Assembly: GCA_003660975.1 (NCBI GenBank)
Contig: QMVG01000011.1
Span: 1-14,353 of the forward strand
From: Candidatus Micrarchaeota archaeon
Lineage (GTDB): Archaea > B1Sed10-29 > B47-G15
Direction of reading: 5' to 3'
Length of the DNA stretch: 14,353 nt
Shown piece after piece: positions 8,967-14,353 of the stretch; within the stretch, counting starts at the first letter, position 1; each line of letters starts with the position of its first letter. Made by a program: the position numbers and the translations under genes. The notes beneath the pieces were generated by a model, which saw nothing but the letters and a program-made list of their open reading frames with translations, was not told the origin of the DNA and ran no database searches.

Positions 8967-11219
8967 TCACTTGTGCACCTCACATATTGTGACGACTTCC
9001 ACGGCGGCAAAGACGTCGTATACTTCCTCACCGATTTCGCGGGCGAACTGCAAGGCCTCCTTATACCCATACCCTGTGCCAGATACGATGCTTCGCAGGA
9101 TCTGATGCAAGGCTCGACCTGCTTGACGGCGCAGCTTCCTCTCCACACGAATCCTGCGAAAGGTTTCGTGAATCATTTGTTCGTTCGGAAAAAGGCCGCT
9201 ACGCCTCGCCATAATGGCCATATCCTTTTCATAGAGGGGTGCAAGCGTGGCTTCGTCTAAGTCAGGGCCTCGAAAGTAGGTGACAAACGCTGGATATTGT
9301 ATACTCAGACCTTCTCGAGCCAATTGAGCATGAAGATCCCTTAGGCTAACACAGTTCTTCCGCAGTTGATCCTTTGCAGCTTGCCATAGATCCAGATATA
9401 GACGATCTACGTGTCCCATACGAGCTCGTAAAGCGTCGAGCAGACGCTCATAGAGTCCTTCATAAACGGCATCGACAAGCAGCACCAACCGCATACCAGG
9501 ACGCAGCTCCGCTGCCTGCATACGCCGTACCTGGTCCTGTGCTTCATAGAATACATACACAAACTGACTGGGAAAATATGTCAAACACCGCCCGTCCTCC
9601 AAGGCAACCTGGATTACCTCATCAACACCGGAAGGAATGACCGAGCGCCCAGACGTATCAACCTCTCTGTCAGCACTCCACTCAAATTCCTGATCCCATG
9701 ATTCAAGCAGACGTTCAATAACGAATCCCGGTGTAGGATAAACAATCCGTGCTCTGCGTGTTTGTAGGACTTCTCTCTCCATAACCAGCGCTGGACGTGG
9801 CGTTGGAGACGGCATTTTGGGGAAATGCTCAAAACCTAGCCGTGTAAGAGCTGCCCGACGGGACTCCAGTTGTTGCCACTTCTCCAAGTCGGCGTAGAAC
9901 CGGCTCCAGAACTCTTGCTCAAGCGCTGCCTCGTAAGGATAGGCGAAAACCTCTATAACTTCTGGAAAATAAAGATCGAGGAACCGATAGCTTGCCGGCC
10001 GGTATCCAGGAAGGAGGGTTTGGCGGATGTCCCCAGCGGCGACACGGCGTGCTTCCTGCATCGGGGTAATCACCTCGATTCTCTCAAGGACCCGCTCTCC
10101 GAAGAGAGAAAGAAGACAAAGCATCAGGATCCTTTGATGAGCCCAGGTAGGCACGGCCACGCGCAAGAAGTTCGACTCTGTAGAGCGAAGTAATTCATCT
10201 AAACGAAAAGCCAATGCCCAGAATTTGGGTGGTTCTTGAAGGGCGATCAAGTACTGGTAGGCGCGGTCCAAAGCCGAAAGAAGGGAATACCAGCGAACTT
10301 CCATATCGGCCTGGGGTGGCTCCTGTGCCCGCAGACGCTCCAGACGATTACGGAGCGATGGCCGGACAGTTTCCTCTAAATCAGACAAAGGAACAACCAG
10401 CTGGCGCAGCTGATGGTAAATCCCCCAGGCCTCTTTCAAGGACAGGAATGAGCTTTGAGCCACATCCAGGCAACTCCATAAACACATCTCGGCTTCCTCT
10501 AAAGCTTCCCCCAGCTCTCCTGCTTCACAGATCCATATACGCCGTTGGGCATCCATAGGCTCTTGCTTCGCTGCTGGATCCCAGAGCCAGGTTGTTAGCT
10601 CCTCGTGATTATTAATAATGGGTCGTTTGTTCTCAGGGAGAGGTGGTGTAATGAGTATGCAGAGTGGCACATTTTGGAATGTATTTAGTAAATCGGGTAA
10701 CTGCCTTAACACATAGGGCAGGAACGAATCTATGACAACCGATGAAAGATGATGGATTGTACGCCTTTGAATCCAGCCCGGGTTAGCAAAATATACTCGA
10801 GGTTTGTCTGATGAGCTTTCTTCAGTATAGCGGCTAAGGGTTTCCACTTCCCAAACTTCAGTAATTGAGATTCCATTCAGCTTGACATTCTGTAGCAGTG
10901 TCATTGACCGACGCGGCACAGGGGTAAGTACTATAATGTCGCCATTCAGCAACGGTCGCCCTGTCTGGTGTCGATGGACTAGATCCTGGACCAGAAGACC
11001 TATCGTCACAGCTGGGATTAAGTTATCTGCGGGTGGAGCGGCCATAAGGAGCAGACGCAGAGGACGCTGAGCCCTCTGGGCGGCAATGACTGCCATGGCT
11101 GTGCTGATCCGCTCGAACAGTCGGAACGTCTCCGGGAGCATCCTCAACATCGCCCCGGCCGGGGTATTAGGATCAAGACCCCAGAACCTATCGGATCCAA
11201 TCCCTTCCTTTGAGTTCAA
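8967..11219 (-). CDS. Large hypothetical protein, probable DISARM DrmE-like (~730-750 aa); start uncertain (TTG 11219 or ATG 11150)
   Basis: Long ORF between the methylase and drmA. Size and position match DrmE. It has no Walker A or SNF2 motifs, so it is not DrmD. The CDS is secure; the DrmE identity is inference. Confidence 0.62.
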   Translation of the reverse strand: MNSKEGIGSDRFWGLDPNTPAGAMLRMLPETFRLFERISTAMAVIAAQRAQRPLRLLLMAAPPADNLIPAVTIGLLVQDLVHRHQTGRPLLNGDIIVLTPVPRRSMTLLQNVKLNGISITEVWEVETLSRYTEESSSDKPRVYFANPGWIQRRTIHHLSSVVIDSFLPYVLRQLPDLLNTFQNVPLCILITPPLPENKRPIINNHEELTTWLWDPAAKQEPMDAQRRIWICEAGELGEALEEAEMCLWSCLDVAQSSFLSLKEAWGIYHQLRQLVVPLSDLEETVRPSLRNRLERLRAQEPPQADMEVRWYSLLSALDRAYQYLIALQEPPKFWALAFRLDELLRSTESNFLRVAVPTWAHQRILMLCLLSLFGERVLERIEVITPMQEARRVAAGDIRQTLLPGYRPASYRFLDLYFPEVIEVFAYPYEAALEQEFWSRFYADLEKWQQLESRRAALTRLGFEHFPKMPSPTPRPALVMEREVLQTRRARIVYPTPGFVIERLLESWDQEFEWSADREVDTSGRSVIPSGVDEVIQVALEDGRCLTYFPSQFVYVFYEAQDQVRRMQAAELRPGMRLVLLVDAVYEGLYERLLDALRARMGHVDRLYLDLWQAAKDQLRKNCVSLRDLHAQLAREGLSIQYPAFVTYFRGPDLDEATLAPLYEKDMAIMARRSGLFPNEQMIHETFRRIRVERKLRRQAGRALHQILRSIVSGTGYGYKEALQFAREIGEEVYDVFAAVEVVTICEVHK

Positions 11220-13089
11220 GCTGTTCCCCCCATTTCCAATAAAGCTGAAGAAGTTGATTTACTTTGCCCTCCCGAAGCGCTTCCGCCAGAGCCAGGCCCA
11301 TCGCTATCAGGGCTTTTTCCTCATCGGTAGACCCAACCCAGTAAAATGGACAAGAAGGTGCAGGTACTTCACAGCGCATACACTCTAGGACCAGATCGCA
11401 CCGCATGGACCTGGAACCTTTTCGAGTGGGATCCCAGGTTTCGTCGGTCTGCACCGTGGCTAAAGCATGAATATGAAAGCCAGCCCGATCTAGGGCAACG
11501 CACAGCGCCTGCCACGCTGCTAGCTTTCGGTTACGAAAAGTGAACACTAGACGGCCTTCTGGTTGGAGAACCCGATGGCATTCCTGGAAGCAGCGTGTTA
11601 GGAGTTCCATATAACTTTCCGTGTCACGCCCTTGGAAGCGGTTAGAAGATGCCTCCTGCTTTTCCCTAATGGAAAGCGGCTTCTGGTAAAAGCTCATCCA
11701 GAAGTGAAACAGACGGGCAAGCTCGCCGTACTGAATATCATCATGATAAGGAGGGTCGGTAAGAACAAGGTCTACAGTCCTGTCCCGCAAGGCCATTTGA
11801 ACGCTGCTCCCAAGAACTAGATAGATTCCTGACTCTAAACCTAGATCCAAGTAAGGGGAAGGATCCGACAGCAAATGAACTTGCTGGTCCATCCCAATTT
11901 CACAGCGAACCCAATCGGCCACTTTTTTCATCGTTTGCAGTCTTCGAGGCAAAGTTCCCCGACCTACAGGCGAAAGCGGGTTGATCTCAACGGCCAAGAG
12001 GGTATGTGCATAGCGATGATGGGCCAATGCCTCTACCGCCTTCGGATGATAACGTTCCCAACGAGTAAGGAAAGCCGGCATCTCGGCCATCCCTAGAACG
12101 GCCAAAGCCAGATGATCTCGGCATGGGTGGTCCATATTGCTCAGCACCCGAAGGCCCTCAAGTAAGATCGCCGCCTGCCGATCTGTGTACAAGTCCCCCC
12201 AAAACCGGAAGCCAGCGTTGATCAAGCGGTTTGTCTCCAAACCTGGTGGGATTGGTTGCCGAAGCTGTGGAAAAACTTCCGAAGCCTGACGCGCTTCCAC
12301 AGGGTCAGCTAGATCGGCTGGACGAAGGTGAACTCGATGACGTCCGTTAGCGATGACGAGCTCCTGGACCAACGCTGGATACCATCGCGGTGGACTCGTC
12401 AGAAAAGCTGCTTTGAACGTCAAGTGTCCACACAATGGACATTGAAACTCTCCCCTTCTCTTTGGAGTCTGAATCAGGCTTTTGCAGCTGGGACATTGTG
12501 TGGGCGGGGAAGTCTGAGGCCCCGACCAGACCATTCCGCACGCGGGACAACCATAATAGGCTTGATCTTCGCCGGCTTGCCGCGAGGTGAGAGAGATCAT
12601 AGTATCCGGAAATAGTATAATATCTCCGCCACATTCCGGGCACTTTCCTCTCCTGACCCTTAAAATATGAATCAGCTCTCGACCATCCTGTCGGATGTAA
12701 GGTCGGCGTAAAGGCTCTAGGATTTCGAGCAACCATCGACCAGCCTCATCCAGCGCCTCGAGAGAAACAGGGGTCAACGCCGTTTTCAGCCCGAAGACCG
12801 GCCAAGGATACAGCTCCTGGACATAAATTGGAAGCCCCCGCCGCGCCGCCTCGACAGCAATGGTGCCACCTCCTCCAAAGGGGTCAGCCACTCGAACCGC
12901 ACCCGCTGTGTCCAAGATAGCTCCAAATAGTTGGCTAGGGCGGCGGGCCCACCATCGGTAGGCCGACCTCATAGGAAGTAATCTTTCCCGCAACCGGATT
13001 TCTGCTCGGATCCAGCTGCTAAGATGGTTCCAGTCCACTAGGGAAAGCAGATATTCTTGACCGACTATTTTCCGTTGTGTACGGATCAT
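11188..13089 (-). CDS. Amino (N6-adenine/N4-cytosine) DNA methyltransferase with Zn ribbons, COG1743/DUF1156-like (~633 aa; alternative start GTG 13128)
   Basis: YRWWARRP, SAM-binding motif I ADPFGGGGT, four CxxC motifs (CPEC, CPAC, CPSC, CPLC), WGDLYTDRQ, catalytic motif IV LTDPPY. Motif I precedes motif IV. Confidence 0.87.
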   Translation of the reverse strand: MIRTQRKIVGQEYLLSLVDWNHLSSWIRAEIRLRERLLPMRSAYRWWARRPSQLFGAILDTAGAVRVADPFGGGGTIAVEAARRGLPIYVQELYPWPVFGLKTALTPVSLEALDEAGRWLLEILEPLRRPYIRQDGRELIHILRVRRGKCPECGGDIILFPDTMISLTSRQAGEDQAYYGCPACGMVWSGPQTSPPTQCPSCKSLIQTPKRRGEFQCPLCGHLTFKAAFLTSPPRWYPALVQELVIANGRHRVHLRPADLADPVEARQASEVFPQLRQPIPPGLETNRLINAGFRFWGDLYTDRQAAILLEGLRVLSNMDHPCRDHLALAVLGMAEMPAFLTRWERYHPKAVEALAHHRYAHTLLAVEINPLSPVGRGTLPRRLQTMKKVADWVRCEIGMDQQVHLLSDPSPYLDLGLESGIYLVLGSSVQMALRDRTVDLVLTDPPYHDDIQYGELARLFHFWMSFYQKPLSIREKQEASSNRFQGRDTESYMELLTRCFQECHRVLQPEGRLVFTFRNRKLAAWQALCVALDRAGFHIHALATVQTDETWDPTRKGSRSMRCDLVLECMRCEVPAPSCPFYWVGSTDEEKALIAMGLALAEALREGKVNQLLQLYWKWGEQLELKGRDWIR

Positions 13090-13687
13090 GGTTGGATTTT
13101 GTAGAGATCTTCCACCATACCCTCTCACAGCACTCAGAGGTTGTGGGAAGGTACGAGCTAGGGTCTTCGTCTTTATCCTTCACATCCCGCCGGTCAATGC
13201 GAGGCTGGAAGTTGGAGGAGTATTTGATGCCGTAAGGCGGGTCCACGTAGATCATCTGGACCTTTCCCGCCATCCCCTCCTTGACCAGAAGGGAGTTCAT
13301 CACGAGGAGCGAGTCACCCAAGATAAGTCTGTTGGCCCAACCCACCTCGTGTTGGTAAAACTCTATTTGCTGATCGGGACGCAGAGGTGTTTCGCCGAAA
13401 AGGGAAAGTTGCGGTTCAGGCTTTTTGACAGCCTCAAGGATAGCCCGGGTAGAGATGCGCTCATGGATGTGCAGCGAGACGACATCTACTTCAAAGGAGG
13501 TGTGTTCGGCTTTTCCAGCCCAAACGAGCTGAGGATCGAGATGTGGATCATATTCATAGCGAGTCGTTCGCCTCTCCTTAACCTCATATGTCGGCGCAAT
13601 CCCTGCCGGAGGGTTGTTCTTCCTCCTGGCCTCCTCGTGCCGATAATCCCCTACCTGCTGATTCTTAGTCCTTCTTCTCCTGACCAT
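13019..13687 (-). pseudogene. mod: Truncated Type III R-M Mod-like (beta-class) DNA methyltransferase, N-terminal fragment
   Basis: DYRH...RKNNPPAG, YDPHLDPQLVWAGK, LHIHERIST, WANRLILGDSLLVMNSLL, KVQMIYVDPPYGIKYSSNFQP. Mod-like sequence appears to end at KDKDED (~13161) and is followed by an atypical tail; no FxGxG motif; no res gene in the window. Confidence 0.8.
13637..13687. repeat. 51-bp direct repeat (mod 5' end), copy 1
   Basis: 44/51 identity to 14133-14183 by manual alignment. Confidence 0.9.
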
Positions 13688-14057
13688 ATCCTTTTACTCC
13701 TCTAATGCATGCCTTTGGCCACCGGCTTCCCGACCATCATATCTACATCCCCTCTGCACGACTGCCAAGTAAATTGCCGTGTGCATCGCAAAGAAAAGAA
13801 GTGTTGGAAGGGTGGAGTGTTGTCTGACTTGCTGCGGAGATCAAATCTTCCCCTCGAGTCGCTCTCTCAATCCTCGCCGTATTTATCCGGGCTTAGAGAC
13901 CGTGGGGGAATGGGAGTTACTCTTTCAAACACTCTCACCGAGTGGAAGTACTTCGGAAGAGCGGCAGATAAAGCTTTAACAACGACGCGGTGTGTGCTCT
14001 TGAAAGGAAAACCCATTCCCAAGATAATTAAAACTTTATATTAAGATGTTTTAAAAA

Positions 14058-14183
14058 TCAAGGGATTTGATGTGAAAATGTCATCTTTTTTATCTTCCTG
14101 GATTCGTGCAGAATTTGGCTTAAGGTGAGAAGGTGCCAATAATCCCCTACCTGCTGGTCCATAGTCCTTCTTCTCTTGGGCAT
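14058..14183 (-). pseudogene. Second mod 5'-end remnant (41-aa ORF, first 17 codons mod-like)
   Basis: Translates MPKRRRTMDQQVGDYWH..., versus MVRRRRTKNQQVGDYRH of the 13687 gene; has its own GGAGGA RBS at 14191-14196; similarity ends at 14133. Confidence 0.72.
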
Positions 14184-14353
14184 CCTTAGATCCTCCCCAC
14201 CAATGCCTTTAGGCGTGAAAGTTACCCCCTTTTTCACAAGTAGATAACCTCCTGTAGGATGTGTTTGCCTATCCTCGGCTTCAGGCCGGATTTCTCCACC
14301 AGATCTACCCTTTTCCCCAACAACTCACTGAGATAGATCTCAATCTCAATAAA

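Noticed and set aside
9470-9620. Intein/Hint-like look of QVALEDG...AAELRPGMRL in the 750-aa protein
   Set aside because: No N-terminal Cys block, TxxH or terminal HN motif.
13088-14044. Plus-strand ORFs of 205 aa and 111 aa, and the other antisense ORFs over the main genes
   Set aside because: Antisense shadows of real minus-strand genes, or lacking motifs and RBS.
13753-14112. tctgcacga / tcgtgcaga pair as MITE terminal inverted repeats
   Set aside because: Only 9 bp match, not extendable, no target-site duplication seen; compatible with chance.
1-14353. CRISPR array, tRNA, rRNA, integrase or transposase gene
   Set aside because: No regularly spaced repeats, RNA-gene signatures or recombinase motifs were seen by eye.

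Overview
Defence-island window; every credible gene is on the minus strand. In reading order (right to left): a 17-codon duplicate of a Type III R-M mod 5' end, a longer mod fragment broken just after its DPPY motif, then a tightly packed five-gene operon: Zn-ribbon amino-methyltransferase (COG1743/DUF1156-like), a ~750-aa DrmE-like protein, DrmA-like SF2 helicase, DrmB-like DUF1998 protein and DrmC-like single-HKD PLD nuclease. A separately promoted AbiEi/AbiEii type IV toxin-antitoxin pair follows, with a 28-bp inverted-repeat operator, bracketed by two 64-bp direct repeats. The main point of interest is the DISARM-like operon. It seems to pair a class-2-style core (drmE-A-B-C, no SNF2 drmD) with an N6A/N4C methylase instead of the class 2 m5C enzyme, so it fits neither canonical class. 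Family calls rest on motifs recognised by eye; no database searches were run.
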